Below, one piece after another: positions 37,045-50,196 of a stretch of DNA of 64,000 nucleotides. The translations under genes were made by a program, and so were the position numbers. Each line of letters begins with the position of its first letter. Positions within the stretch are counted from its first letter, which is position 1. This DNA is from Hydractinia symbiolongicarpus (Eukaryota): positions 16,160,214-16,224,213 of the forward strand of contig NC_079887.1 in NCBI RefSeq assembly GCF_029227915.1, read 5' to 3'. Below the pieces are notes generated by a model. That model saw only the letters and a list, made by a program, of their open reading frames with translations. It did no database searches and was not told the DNA's origin.

Positions 37045-37721
37045 CTATAAAAAGATTTGGTCATTTATTAGTCAGAACTTTTTCAATAAATTATGGGCTA
37101 GGTTTTTATATCAAAACCTTATAGCCTTTCGTACAAACAATTACTTAAAACAGTGAAACCGGGTTGAAAAGAAAATCAAAACATTTTCACGATTTTACTT
37201 TTGGCTGTACCTGGGTATCCCTAGGTACAACCATGGTGAATAAAAAAGTTAAGACAACATCATAATGTAGATTACTCGTTAGCCTGTGAAACATTCACTT
37301 CACGAGACTACTGGTTCCCAAATTTTCGCCCGGATACATATCATAGGTATTTCATGCATTTTCGTCCGCAATACGGCTGTTATTACAGAGATCAACAACA
37401 ACAACAAAAAAACACAAACACAACACAAAATTGATAGGTGCATTTAAGTAAATTATATTCATGTTTTAGATTTTTATGTTTGATCTCTACGGAAATGGTG
37501 AAAATACTCTAGATTTTCAAGGCTGCCTAGTTTAATTTTTTTCAAGGTCTATCAAGCACGCTGGCTAATTACATAAGTATAAACAGCAAAGTAGTGACAC
37601 ACAGTTGTTGCCGGTAGGTTAAAGTTTACAATTCTAAAATTGCAAAAAAACATCGAGTGAACAAACAGAAAGTGAAAGGGATGCATTTAAATAGCAATAA
37701 AAACGAAGAGAAATCACTTAC

Positions 37722-37809
37722 TGGTCCTTGATGATAGTTGAATCCTAACGCTTTATTGAACTGCTTCATATCCAAATCGTTCTCGTAAAAACCATCATAA
37801 TTCCAGTCA
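37722..37809 (-). CDS. AGL: AGL exon ((D)[29 protein letters not shown])
   Basis: Matches human [30 protein letters not shown]. Donor GTAAGT. Confidence 0.85.
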
Positions 37810-38528
37810 CTAGAAGTAACAAGAACATACACAAATATAGCTTGTTAAATCACCACTAATTGCAGAATGAAAACCCGCGCAATATCCCTGATTATTAACA
37901 ACCGACAAATTTTTGAAAAACCCTCACATTGTGACGCAAGGCAAACGAGTCGAGTTCTTACTGGCTTACAAAAATGCAAAACCATGTTGGATTGCTGTAG
38001 CAGCATCAGGAAAGTTAGCAAACAATAGGTATAGGTATGAGGTCATAGTAAAGCCACCTGGCATGATGATGATACATGATCTATGCAGTCATGTTGGGGT
38101 AGTACAAAAGATTGGTCCCAAAAACATGTTCATGTATATGTTATATTCCATATTTGTTAAAACTTGTTGTGGTCCAATGATCTGCAAGCACCGTAATATT
38201 AGCATCGCTGTTTTATTTTGAACAGTATTGTATTTCTAGCTTTGGACTGTATTCAGGAACTCCAGTTCAGGTTAGTTATTAGTTTACTGACTGTGTTTTT
38301 TTTTATTATATTATGATTTTTTCAAGCCGTGATATTTTTTAGCAATCTATAAGGCAGGTCTGTTTCCTTAATTTAAACTTTCTCACAGAGAGGAAAGAGG
38401 AAGAGGAATTGGGTATGGGAGTGGGAATGGGAGTGGGAAGGGGAGGAGTGAAAGGTGGAGGGAGAGAGCTGTGAAAGATAAAGGAACGATTATCGAACAT
38501 ATAAATTCAGTTCTGTTTTTTTAACTTA

Positions 38529-38626
38529 CTCCGGATCGAGCGTAGCTAATCCCATGGGCGCAAGTAAATGAGTTTCAATCTGTTGTAAAGCCGCACACGC
38601 GTGCTTTACGTTGAATAATTCAGGAG
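38529..38626 (-). CDS. AGL: AGL exon ([32 protein letters not shown]-)
   Basis: Matches human [33 protein letters not shown]. Confidence 0.8.
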
Positions 38627-39110
38627 CCTAAAAATATATGCAATTGTTCGGACTAACACGCCAGAGACATAATTCCGGTGACGTATACACTAATTGACGG
38701 TACAAAACACGCAGCAGGAGACCGATTAAGACATTATTTGATAGTATACCGTGCGCGACTAAAAATTAAATCTCACATCATTCATAAAGTAAGGAAAAAA
38801 GGTACTGACTATGGGAATGACTAAATGACCACTGTATAAATTTTACTATCAATAGGCAATACTATGAATAGGTAAATACGAAATATGTAACTGAATAGAT
38901 TTTCTTACAACGGCCCACATCAATATTTAACTCTCCTTACGACAACAGATACCTGTATATATACAGTCAAGACAGTACTTTCGACCGTAGTTACATAATT
39001 ACAAAAATGAATGCTATGCTTTGCACTGCTACGAAGTTAATCAGGAAATAAGGTACCGAGTACTTTAGGTAAATATAAACATGCAAATGAAAATCCACAC
39101 TAAAACCTAC

Positions 39111-39316
39111 CACACACATCGCAATCGGCACGTTTGGTCTCAACTGGTAATCTGTAAATCCATTCGTTGATTTATAACTATCTTTATATATGTTTCTTTT
39201 GTGGACCAAATTTTTGTCGACGTCAGCAGAGTCTCCTTCACCAACAAAAAACTTATTCTCGAAGTTCTCATAAATCTTTTTGTCCCATTCTTTATATGTC
39301 CACGTCATCAACTCAC
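39111..39316 (-). CDS. AGL: AGL exon ((G)ELMTWTYKEWDKKIYENFENKFFVGEGDSADVDKNLVHKRNIYKDSYKSTNGFTDYQLRPNVPIAMCV)
   Basis: Matches human [71 protein letters not shown]. Confidence 0.85.
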
Positions 39317-39750
39317 CTTGATGTGTTAAGCACATTAATTAGGCATAGTTTACACTAGGGTTGTTATGCTAATAACCTACCCTAATTAGGGTTGCTCTTG
39401 GAGGAGGTGTGTTGGAAAACCAGAAGCTCAATTCTAATGGAACTATTTATGCGTGTCGATACATTCCCTAAGTAGGCGTTCAAACATTTAAACTTTCATG
39501 AGGATGAAATGTAAAAATATAAAGTTAAGAAAAAACAGGAATGTAATATTCATATTTTATAAAGTACAAAAAGGTTTCGTCCTTAACAGTGAAAATATCC
39601 ATATTTTTAAAAGTACGGTGGAAGTTTAGTCAAGAGCGTGTAAAAGTAAATTATTTTGGATTTTGAATATAGGTGTTGGATCATGGGTGACCGTTACATC
39701 ACGGATGATCATTGTGTTGTGTACATACAACAAAGAAGAGCTTATCACAC

Positions 39751-39866
39751 CTGAATGACTTTTTCTTGTGACTTCTTTATACTTATAAAACCCTTTGTCG
39801 TGCATTGCAATCAACCATCTTAGAGTGGACTTGCATAAGCCTACCAACTCGACGGCACTTCCATCT
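39751..39866 (-). CDS. AGL: AGL exon ((R)DGSAVELVGLCKSTLRWLIAMHDKGFYKYKEVTRKSHS-)
   Basis: Matches human [38 protein letters not shown]. Confidence 0.85.
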
Positions 39867-40181
39867 CTAAAAGTAATAAAGTCAATTCACTAAAGAGAAA
39901 GCCATTATTTGACTGAATTTTTTCGCTATAGCCCAAAACCTCACTTTTTTGTTATCGCTTGCGCACTTTAACAAAATTAGAAATTTTGTCCAATTGCAGA
40001 TGCGCTTCCAAAAAAACGCGTGAGCTTTTTGCGTCATAGCGGATAATGCAGTAAAATGAAAACTCATGGACAAGTAAGTAATGCCTTTTCTTTTCAAGCC
40101 ACACAATCATTAAGATTTGGTGTGAAGAATAACTACAAAGAAAAAAGATTGAAGTGAAGAACAAATACAAACGAGAGCAAC

Positions 40182-40429
40182 CTGGGAGTTGCAGGATGAC
40201 CTTTGTTTTCAGCCAAAACAGAACTTCCCATCTTATCCATCCACGTTCCACAGTTTTCTTTACTCCCACCGTAAACAAAACCTGTTTGTAGATCGACTCC
40301 AGCGGACTGTACAAAACCATCGCTACTCATGTCGCGATCGAGCGATTCGCCAGCATTACGCTCGCGAAAAGCGAAACCTTGAAAATGGCGCTCTAAAATT
40401 TCTTGTACGATATCTTGCAATGGAACTTC
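40182..40429 (-). CDS. AGL: AGL exon ([82 protein letters not shown]-)
   Basis: Matches human ...[81 protein letters not shown]. Confidence 0.85.
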
Positions 40430-40839
40430 CTAAAAATTTGAAAAAATATCGTTGTAAAATAAAACGTTTTCCAAAAGCGTTTTTACTTCAATTGGTTAAA
40501 ACGACAGAAATCTAACTAAAAATAAAAGCAAGCAATGAACCAGTAGGAAAAATGGCTATTTTGGAAACTAGTATAGCGTATACGGCTAGTCTGATAGATA
40601 ATAACACAATAATACAAGTGGAATTTACCGAAGCACGATCTTTCTTAACTGTTTAAGATGGCGTGTAAAGAAGTAAAAATAATAATCATTGCTCTTTGTA
40701 AAGAAAAACACATTCTTAAAAACACCATACAACAACCACGCGAATATATATTCTTAAAAAACGTTATATACGTTCTACTAGTTTAAACATTCCTCTTAAA
40801 GATCAAACTCCTCTCTTAAAGATTAGACACATATTTTAC

Positions 40840-41065
40840 CTGTGCTATTCCCACTTGCGCTTCAGCATCATCCGTGGGATACATTCGAACAACATGAGCA
40901 TTCAAAATCATATGCCCGTCCTTCTTCATGGTTGAATAATCTTGAACAGCTTGCAACCAAAACCAAGTGGCGTCACGGGCGTTATATCGGGCGTTAATCC
41001 CTTCAGCTAATAAGTTGGGAATAAGACCATGTCTCATGCAGCCACCAAACGATAAAATTAGGTTT
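40840..41065 (-). CDS. AGL: AGL exon ((R)[75 protein letters not shown])
   Basis: Matches human [71 protein letters not shown]. Confidence 0.85.
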
Positions 41066-41577
41066 CTAAAACAATTATTAATATTTTATTTGTTACAATT
41101 ATTTACTCAGGATGGTCTCTTCAATTCCTAGTAGCACTGCTATCAACAAAGATCCTCCAAAGGGGGTCTTAGCGCATTCAAACCTCCCATTTAAACTACA
41201 AACTACGTGCAAGTAAAGCAATCGTCCCACCTAACAACCGCCTAAGACATAAATCCTATCCTGAATTGCATGTTTACGCAACCATGATGGCAGCTAATTT
41301 CATAGTCACAAAGCAAAATTAAAATTGGTTCTGAGGTCCAATATGTTGTGAAGTATTCATTCCCGAATAAACGCATTTAAGTTCTTACAATATTTTTGTA
41401 ACCAACCAAACCCGGAGGGCGAGGATATTCCCGTTCATATTAAAGCTGTCAAAAAGTCACTTGGCACAAAGAAAGGTAAAAAATCACAATCTTGCTTGCA
41501 TATTGTTGACGAATGGTCTGTCAAAACAACAAGAAATCAAATGAAATTTACAAAAAACATTTATAAAAACATCTTAC

Positions 41578-41823
41578 CTCGCTTCATTAAATCTTCCCGT
41601 CACAAGTAACAACCCCCGCAAAGCTATAAAAGTATCACGACCCCAACACCTCATGAATCCGGTTGAAAAATGTGGCAAGCCAGCTGCCATGGTCAGATAC
41701 TGATCACTGGAGTTTGTAACTGATTTGGAAACTGCCGGAAGTTTGGATGAGTTTGTTACACCACACATTTGAACTGAACCAAGTGATAAAGATTTAACAA
41801 GACTGTCTCCATCTTGAATGAAT
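41578..41823 (-). CDS. AGL: AGL exon ((K)[81 protein letters not shown]-)
   Basis: Matches human [23 protein letters not shown]...[41 protein letters not shown]. Confidence 0.85.
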
Positions 41824-42199
41824 CTGGGAAAAAAATGATAAAGATGGTCAAAAAACAACAATGAGAAACAGCAACAACAAAAGCATAATGCATTTCTGCA
41901 CAAAATTTCTTTATAGTACATATGTTTTTCCAAAATATTTTTGCTAGAACAATTAATGCTCAATAAATTTTCACAGTGTCTGCAGTTCTGTTCCAATCAA
42001 TATATACATTGATTTGCATTATTTTTAATGAAAAAAGAATTAATAATTAAATTAAATTAAATAACAAAAGAGAGAATGCAATTCATAAGCATTGGCAAAA
42101 TCTATGTTGCCAAAAACAATTTTTTAAAAAGAACAAAACAAACATAAAACATTACGCATGTATAAAATACACATGAAATGCACAAGCCAATATACTTAC

Positions 42200-42467
42200 T
42201 TTGACATCAGATTGAAAACTTGTTCCAAACAACTTACATGTACGCCTGTTAAAATCGCCTCAAAGTAACACGGAATGAGATAGCGAGGCAAATCTTTTAA
42301 ATATTGAAACACTGAAGCTAACCATAAACCGAGTGGTTTTGTTGAATCATAATACATCAATCGGTTTGCAATATACCCTGTCATCCAGTCTCCAGCACGC
42401 AGATTGTCACATATGGGATGACCAAGGTCATTGTGTTGACGAACAGTTGATAAGATAGACATAAAAC
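42200..42467 (-). CDS. AGL: AGL exon ((G)[88 protein letters not shown])
   Basis: Matches human [37 protein letters not shown]...[39 protein letters not shown]. Confidence 0.85.
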
Positions 42468-42732
42468 CTAGAGAGAAGAAAAACTATTTCGTAGTTATTT
42501 ATCTTTATGCAAACTGCATATAAATAAACCAAATTGCCACGCCACACAGAAGAAAAGTCTATTAAGTTTATTTACTATCAACAAATTCTTACTAAAAAAT
42601 TCTGAAACGCGTGAAGATTTGAGAAGAAAGTTGTTAAAAAAACTACAGGAGATTTAAGGAGCTGCGAGGAGGAATTGAGGAATTTTTCGGAGGCGTAGTA
42701 ATAGCTCTATGATAGCAAAAACAAAGTCCTAC

Positions 42733-42953
42733 CTTGAGTACCACAATAGACGACATCGCCATACCGTGGAATGTTATACGCACCGCCACCATTTCCATCA
42801 TCCTGTTCTTCATTGCTGCATCGATATAATACACGATTCAAGTCGGCTAATGAAAGCTTGGAAATTATCCTATCCACTGGTTCAATGTTGAACCTTTCTG
42901 TAGTATCGTTTAGAATATGATAATTTGGACGTGAGAATAAAGACAAAACATGT
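42733..42953 (-). CDS. AGL: AGL exon ((R)HVLSLFSRPNYHILNDTTERFNIEPVDRIISKLSLADLNRVLYRCSNEEQDDGNGGGAYNIPRYGDVVYCGTQ-)
   Basis: Matches human ...[54 protein letters not shown]. Confidence 0.85.
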
Positions 42954-43239
42954 CTATGAATAAAAAGAATAACATTTTGTACACTGTAAGCTGCATTTAA
43001 AATATTTATCTATATAATAATACGCCAGTTCCGTCTGTCTGTGACAGGCAAAGTGGATGTGTTTATTTTCCTTTGATGTTGCCGAAATTCTCTTTAAAGT
43101 CACCGAAAAAATTATGTCCATTTTGCTAGCGTGTTTACTTTGTTTACATCACGTGATGAAAACGATTCAATTTGATTTGCTGAAATAAGTTTAACGGCTA
43201 ACTTTCGAAAAATGGTGTCCTCTCGCCACCAAAAAACCC

Positions 43240-43560
43240 CACAAAAGTAAAATAAGTGCTTTAAAAAAGCATATTTAAAAAGAAAAAAGTCCAATTGAAG
43301 AAGTCGAAAAGTTAAGTTGGAAGTGAAAGTGGAGCTACGTGGAGCTAGAAGTAAAGTAAATTTAGAAGTAGGAAACAAAGGTCACCGAAAAAAAAGCACA
43401 GAAGAGCGATCCCTTTACCTTGAAAAAAGGAAAAAAGTGGTTTAAAAAAGCATAGCTTTATATTTAAAATGAAAAGAGACCAAGTGAAGAAGTAGGAAAG
43501 TGAAGTGAGAAGTGGAGCTAGATGTAAAATAAAGTTAGAAGTATGAAACAAAGGCTAGAG
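43240..43560. repeat. Tandem duplication (~2 x ~160-210 bp; ...AAAAAAGCATA(T/G)...GAAGAAGT(C/A)G(A/G)AAAG...GTGGAGCTA(C/G)...) inside an AGL intron
   Basis: Two adjacent near-identical blocks. ORFs 43112-43378 and 43345-43551 are artefacts of this repeat. Confidence 0.6.
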
Positions 43561-44290
43561 TTTAAAGTGGATTTGAAATCACAAATAGTGAGAACTTTGA
43601 TATTTATAGACGTTTGGTTTTTTTATGTCGGTGGAGCAAGCATTTCCCAGGAAAAGCCACAGTTTTATATTTTACCTGGCACGTAACTAATGTATTGTCC
43701 TAAAATTCAAAATGCTCCATAAAGCTGTTAGCTGACTAAAAAAAGGAAAACTTTGGTTTTGTTGAACTGTAGTCTTATTAATTTTACATTAATATTGGTT
43801 CTCTTTATATGTGTTTTACTAAGCATAAATAGCTAGCTTTAGTTTTAGGTAAGTGTTCCCAGTTTAATTATATTTAACTGGGTGTCTTAGCTACTGTTAG
43901 CTAGCTAATGTTAGCCTCCAAGTCCAGCTCCCCATCCCAGCTCTAGCTCTAACCTATGAAAATAATGATCTTCTTTAATTTAATATTAATCTTTGCTTAT
44001 TGATGTTTTGACATTTAGGTTCAGAACTGTTGGTAAAGGACAGTACAGATCATCATACTAAAAAGAAAATTTTTTGTGTTCTTAACTGGTTGATTTTTAC
44101 ATTTTGTGTAAATTTTTGTGGGAGGGAATGGTATGCAACTGAAATGACTGAGTTTTGTAGATTTACATTTATTGTGGTAATAATATATTTTCTTTTGCAA
44201 TACCATTTTTGTTTGCTATTGCTTGAGTATTTTTACTGGAGATATATTTTCAGTCAATGATAACCAAACTCTCAAAAACATAACGCTTAC

Positions 44291-44415
44291 CTTAAAGACT
44301 GCACAGACTTCTTCACTTTTGGGGTCGGCAACACTTTAACAATAACAACACTACCAGGCAAAAAATGTTTAAAATTGATTTCTTGGTGTCCATCAATGCC
44401 AGACAATACAACAAG
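44291..44415 (-). CDS. AGL: AGL exon (LVVLSGIDGHQEINFKHFLPGSVVIVKVLPTPKVKKSVQSL-)
   Basis: Matches human [51 protein letters not shown]. Confidence 0.75.
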
Positions 44416-44779
44416 CTAAAAACAAACAATAAGGATGATATAATGGTCATCAATCTTAAAATTAGACAATCTTTTATGTGGAAGTTTCTTAAACAAATCA
44501 TATTTAAATTACTATCAACGAAAACAAACATTGGTTTTAATTTTTGCTTAAATCCTGTGAACCTACTGTAACTCTTACAAAATCTTCTTCTACAAAAAAA
44601 AGGACAAAAATATTTGGCCGAATTATTTTATTTTTATTTTATTATTATTTTATTATTTATATTATTAAGTCACTAAAGCGACACCTGCCTCAACCTTGGA
44701 ACTGATAATAAAAATTAATTTATTTGTTAATTAATTAAATAATTAATAAACAATCCTGGTCACACTACTGATTATTTAC

Positions 44780-44919
44780 CTTAGATTGCTCAATGGGAAT
44801 GTTCTCCTGCATTTGCAATTCATATTCCATGCTACCATTGATAAATTCAGCATTGCGGACAAACTTTGTCTTCCCCACATCAAGTAGCTGTGCCTCAAAA
44901 ACTATCTTGTCCAATGTAC
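44780..44919 (-). CDS. AGL: AGL exon ((G)TLDKIVFEAQLLDVGKTKFVRNAEFINGSMEYELQMQENIPIEQSK)
   Basis: Matches human [47 protein letters not shown]. Confidence 0.75.
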
Positions 44920-45413
44920 CTAAAAGCGAATCAAGTTTTATTCTGCGACTTAAGTTACAAATTTCAGTAAGTTGTTGAACGCAACAGGTAAGTACTCAAA
45001 GACAAAATTACATAGAAAAAGAAACAGTTGAATTATTTTATCAATGAACCAGAAAAATATAATTGTTTGGATGTGACGTTATGGTGGAAAATATCATTCA
45101 TGTTGGTCTGAGTACTTTCAGGGTGTAATCCAGAAATTTTAAATAGTGACTGTTACTTCTCAGTTTCGAATTTCATCATGCTTTCCCCTGAGGACGTACC
45201 ATAGCATGGCCCAGGGGAGAAAATTTCATCTATTCAAATAAAAACAAGAAGACATGCGTCTTTAACATCTGCGCTGCGAGAGAAATCAAATGGTCATATA
45301 TACGTACGCAATTCGCTGCGTCGAGAGCGTGCGGCATGTAATATAAAATTCATTATGTAATGCTTATAAAGCATTCATGACACATAAATACTGTTTTGCA
45401 TTTAGGGTGCATA

Positions 45414-48254
45414 TTATTTTATGAATGTACGTAGGATAAAATGGATCAAATCAGTCTTCTTGGCTAAACCAAGAGTAATTTTTGAGAATGACGGCTGGAT
45501 GATCTTGCATACATATGACAAACTTTTAACATAATCCCTAGCCCATTTTAAAACGAAATAAAATATTTCCCTCTGTATTAGGTTCAATAAACGAATTTTA
45601 TCATTGATATTATCATCAGACAATTGAATTAATTCAATTTTTTTTGAAACACCTGCATTTGTATCATCATTTTCATCAAACAAAGCAGGCGCGTCTTCAG
45701 GATCAATTGGAAGCAAAGATGGTGCTGTTTGAACTAAATTTTCTACCTCATCATTTTCTTGAACCTTTATCGTGTGTAATATTAGTATATATGGAAGTTG
45801 CATAAGACAGAAACGAAAACTGCTTCAAACTTTAAAAAATTTCATTTCTAAAAGGATAATACATGAATAGAATATGATGGACATACTCTTATGGTCTCTT
45901 AATCTGGTTCGGAACATGGTATCGCAACACCGCTTTTACTTTCCGGCATTCCATGTACTCTGTTTTGGAAGACATAAGTGGTAAGTAGAAGGATTCCACA
46001 TTCTGCATGGTTTTCCTCAATTACGTTATCATCAAATATTTCAAGTTGATTATCGTTCACACCGTCTGACCATTTTGATGTTGAAAGACGATAGTATGAG
46101 CAGAATTCTGCAAAGCACATGCTATTCACTATGCTAAATCTCCCATTTTTAAATGTTTGATTAGGTCGGTCCAGATAGCGATCAAGCATATTGAACAAAT
46201 CAGTGCCATCTTCAGGCAATTTATTCAATTTATTCTAGGTTTTGAATATTTGAAAACGTTTATCTGGCAAATTAGTATTGACAAATGACACGCCTGGGTG
46301 TATGTCTTACGTAACCAAAGCTCCGGCATGATATGGTAAACTGCTTCTTGAACAGAACATTCGCGTTTAGTAATGTACGCTCTCGCGATTGATTTTATTT
46401 GCTGATAACTACTCAAGTTTGAATTAACTGCTTCTTTAACTACCTGTTTCATAGCTTCGGATGATTCGTCTTTAAATTTAGAAAAATATGCACACACGTA
46501 TGAAACCGCTTTGTAATGGTTGACAACAGGTTGAATATCAATATTTGCCTCCCATGCACGTAAACCATCAACAACAAAAACTGTTAACAAAACATGAATT
46601 AGTAGGACGCCTTAAATGTATCTCTAGATATGGAAAAAGCATTGTAATATTGCTCTTTAGTAAGTTTTAACAGTGAAAAAATGTCAGAAATACATTAAGG
46701 CGCTACATTATTTTCTTGGGATGGATCAAAAATATTACATTTTCTTGGATCTAAATTAGTGTCAATGTAATCTTTCACCTTGTTCAAAATTCTCTTGCTC
46801 TTTTTAACTCACTTAAACTTTTGGCAAGGGCTCTGCAATTACTGTGCGTTGTGTGAAGAATTTTCTAAAGTTATACATTCAACTTTTTCATATTTTCTGC
46901 ATGAACGTGAATGGGAATGAACTTGATAGGTTTTAACTAGTTTGAATAAATCAACTTTAATTTCAGGTTCAGGTAAGTTTGTCTTTAATTATCTGGTCAA
47001 CAAAAATTCTGTATTCTTTATTGTTAAACTCTGGGGCTCCGATAACCCACAAAAAAGAATGAATATGTTGGCTTCCTCTTCTGGAAATTCTACACGAATT
47101 GCATAATATATCACTTTTCCCAAAGGTCCATCAACAATGATTTCCTTTAAAAATAGTGCTAGTAGAACAGGATTACTGTTCAGTAGATTGTGCCACTCTT
47201 CATAATTCATTTGACGTATCTTCTTGTCGATTTGTGAGCACCATTAAGTTTTGTTAATAGAAGCCAAATTGGGCAACAGTAAGTCTGTTCATGATAATGT
47301 CATGAAAAATCTTGGGAGACCCAATTGGTTCACCACTCCCAATACTTTAAACAAAATTTTTCCCAGTATGCTGGTGTGCCTAGTACTCATAAAGCTATAT
47401 GCCTGATCATTGACAATAAATGATTTAACATTTTCCTGGAAGTTTTGAGTAAGCATTCCAGCAGTCAAAGGATTGGCGCAAACTTTCTGCATTGCAATAT
47501 TGATATGACTTGTCATATTAAGTTGTTGACATACAGAATGAGCATAAAAATATAGTATGCTTCTGATGCAAATGTTTGTTTGGAATTGAGTAACCTTTGG
47601 TTAAAATATTGGATTGGTGTTAAGTTTATTTCCCTCTTGACTTGATAATCAAATCTCCCAGTTGGGAACAAATAAGGATGTGCCATTTCTTCACAGTTTT
47701 GATCTGTTAAGAGAGAGAAGCAATAGACAGAGTATCGTTATTATATTGAGTGAAATTGCGGATATTAGGGCTGTTTCATTTGCACCAACTCTGTCCTGAT
47801 CAAGAGGATTTTTTACATCTTCAATATTATGATTATTCTCTAATATCAATGGTATATCTTCTTCATCATTCAACAATAAAAGTTGTTCAACTATTTGAGA
47901 TCCATCAATTATATATCTGTATACAAATGATTTAACTGCTTCAAATATTATAAAAGCAGATCTAACAATACTTGGGCAAACTGGTTCAAATAACAGACAA
48001 CCACGATAAGCAAGTTTTCTTTTCAACTTCACCATAATAAAACCATTAGAATGTGGACCTCTTGGGAGAATGTCACAAACTGTTTCAATATCTAATGGAA
48101 CATTGCAAATGGATTCTTTGAGTATAGGAGGTTGTCCTTTTGGCATTATTGCTATCTTTTTAAATAATAATCGCTTGGCAATTATCGTTTTTTCTAACCT
48201 TCTAAGCTTGGCTATGTCAGATGGAAACTGATAGAGTTCTAATTTATTGCACAC
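45414..48254 (-). mobile_element. Decayed Helitron Rep/Hel N-terminal fragment (Helitron_like_N plus degenerate HUH region; no helicase domain), within an AGL intron in the same orientation as AGL
   Basis: The ORF 46225-46590 LRAWEANIDIQPVVNHYKAVSYVCAYFSK...MKQ is the diagnostic Helitron_like_N motif. 47691-48254 (…LPRGPHSNGFIMVKLKRKLAYRGCLLFEPVCPSIVRSA…) matches the Helitron Rep N-terminus. The pieces 47289-47516, 46989-47210, 45899-46228 and 45414-45803 are frameshifted. Confidence 0.6.
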
Positions 48255-48998
48255 AGCCTGACACGGGACTCTAATTTAATTTTTTTGTCACATGTTGAGC
48301 GAAAAGTATTCCTTACTATTGAAGCTCGTAACTGAAGCCATATAGAAAAAATTTTCTTCAGGCATTTCATATTTGTCAGCTAAAAACAGGGTCACAGAGC
48401 GTTTAAATAGACTCCTATTACAAATTACAACACAAAGGTCCATTCGACACTCCATTCTTAAACTTGGTAATCCTATCACTTTGTTTCACTCACTGTCACT
48501 CTATTAGATATGTAATTTCTCATGTTCTCTTTTTTCCTCTTATATTTTTTAATTTTTTTAAAAAGACTATATGTTTCGTTTCTATACCTTTTCTCGCATA
48601 ACCTTTTCCATACATCCTCTCCAGAGCATGAAAAATCAACTTCAGATAATTTGTTGAGCTTTCTTTTACTGCCTGCTCTTTCTGTGCATTCTATCTCTGT
48701 TGCATCTTCGAAACTAAGTTCAATGTATTGAGATTTAAAAATTAGATATTCTCTAGTTGCAAGATATATATGCTCTGAATATACTCTTCAATCACTTGCA
48801 TAAAATGGAATTTTAATAAAACTGATGTCCCATTCTCAACTGTAGTGCCATTTCAACTTATTATAACTTCCACATAAAACTTATAGCCTTTCTGAGTACT
48901 CGTCAAATCTAGAACATTTAATCTATCTTTTAAATGTGCATTCCCAAAGCATTACTGGATTAATCCATCCCTATTCTTAGTTCTGTAGGAAGACTTAC

Positions 48999-49173
48999 CT
49001 TCTAACTTTAATGGTGGAACTTGTATATTGCAACTAGCATTCGCTTTACTTGGATAATTTTTTGCAGCAGGAGTAGAAAAAGCAGAATGTGCTACAATGA
49101 CGTAGCTTTCATGTGAATGTGGTGCGTGTCGGGTTACGAAAGCTATTTCTTCAGTTGCTTGGTCAACGTATAT
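48999..49173 (-). CDS. AGL: AGL exon (IYVDQATEEIAFVTRHAPHSHESYVIVAHSAFSTPAAKNYPSKANASCNIQVPPLKLE-)
   Basis: Matches human [55 protein letters not shown]. The ~4-kb intron downstream (44920-48998) contains the Helitron remnant. Confidence 0.85.
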
Positions 49174-49362
49174 CTACAAAACGAGTATGAATATAAGAGA
49201 TTTCATAAAATACGAAGATATTCTATCTATTTCTAAATTGAACTTTGTAGAGAAGGATTGGGCAGCATTATCTTTTCGAATCTTCCATAAAAAAACGATG
49301 TTAAGTTTGTTGAATGTAATGTATTATAGAGCTATAATTTCTAACACAAACAAATAGACTTA

Positions 49363-49512
49363 CCTGAGTGAAGCCATTACTTCTCATGTCCTGATGAAGT
49401 TTATTTAAAACCTTTTTAGCATATAGTATTCCTTGGTTCATTGACACATAACCATTGCATGATGAAGAAGGAGACCAAGATTGGTATAACCTGTTCTCCG
49501 CCACAACATGTA
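49363..49512 (-). CDS. AGL: AGL exon (IHVVAENRLYQSWSPSSSCNGYVSMNQGILYAKKVLNKLHQDMRSNGFTQ)
   Basis: Matches human [52 protein letters not shown]. Confidence 0.85.
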
Positions 49513-49777
49513 TCTAAAAAAACAATCTTGTTCAAAGACAGCAAGTTTAAAAGTAGTTTTAGAAAAGCTTAGTAAACATAATTCTTCAGTACCACCATTT
49601 AAAAGACCTCGTTAAAATTCCCACATCAAATTAAAGTGCTCTCATTTATACCTATGTATTCATGTAACCTGTAGAGAGCTGAGGATAAAATTACGTCAGA
49701 CTGCCTCCTATACTCTTGTTTAGCAAGTAATAAAGCAGGTGATAAAAGAAAATAAAAAGCAAAAAAAATCTTCTTAC

Positions 49778-49879
49778 ATGATGTGGCACCAATTCATCAT
49801 AACCCCGACTACTTCCTGCACCAGATGCTGTTGCCAAGACTAACGCAGCACTTGGTAAAATATCAAACACGGTGCGAGA
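49778..49879 (-). CDS. AGL: AGL exon ([34 protein letters not shown])
   Basis: Matches human [33 protein letters not shown]. Confidence 0.85.
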
Positions 49880-50032
49880 CTAAAAAGAGAACAAAGAGTA
49901 CAACAAGATTGCAACATACGCACTTATATTATTTAATCTGTTATTGTTACATAAATTACTAACATAAATTTTAATCAAAAGACAATGCAAATATTTTTAA
50001 TGCGAGACAAAATATCTTTGCCCAAACTTTAC

Positions 50033-50196
50033 CTCAAACAACGAAGGGTTGTCATGGGTAACATCCATAAAAATAGCATGAGCCATTGAAGGACGGAGTG
50101 GTTGGGATGATGTTTTCAAAAATGACCCAACTGCATCACCACCAAATCGATGCACGTGCCTACCTAAATCACGTGGACTACTAGCACCCATATTTT
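50033..50196 (-). CDS. AGL: AGL exon ((E)NMGASSPRDLGRHVHRFGGDAVGSFLKTSSQPLRPSMAHAIFMDVTHDNPSLFE)
   Basis: Matches human [56 protein letters not shown]. Confidence 0.85.
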
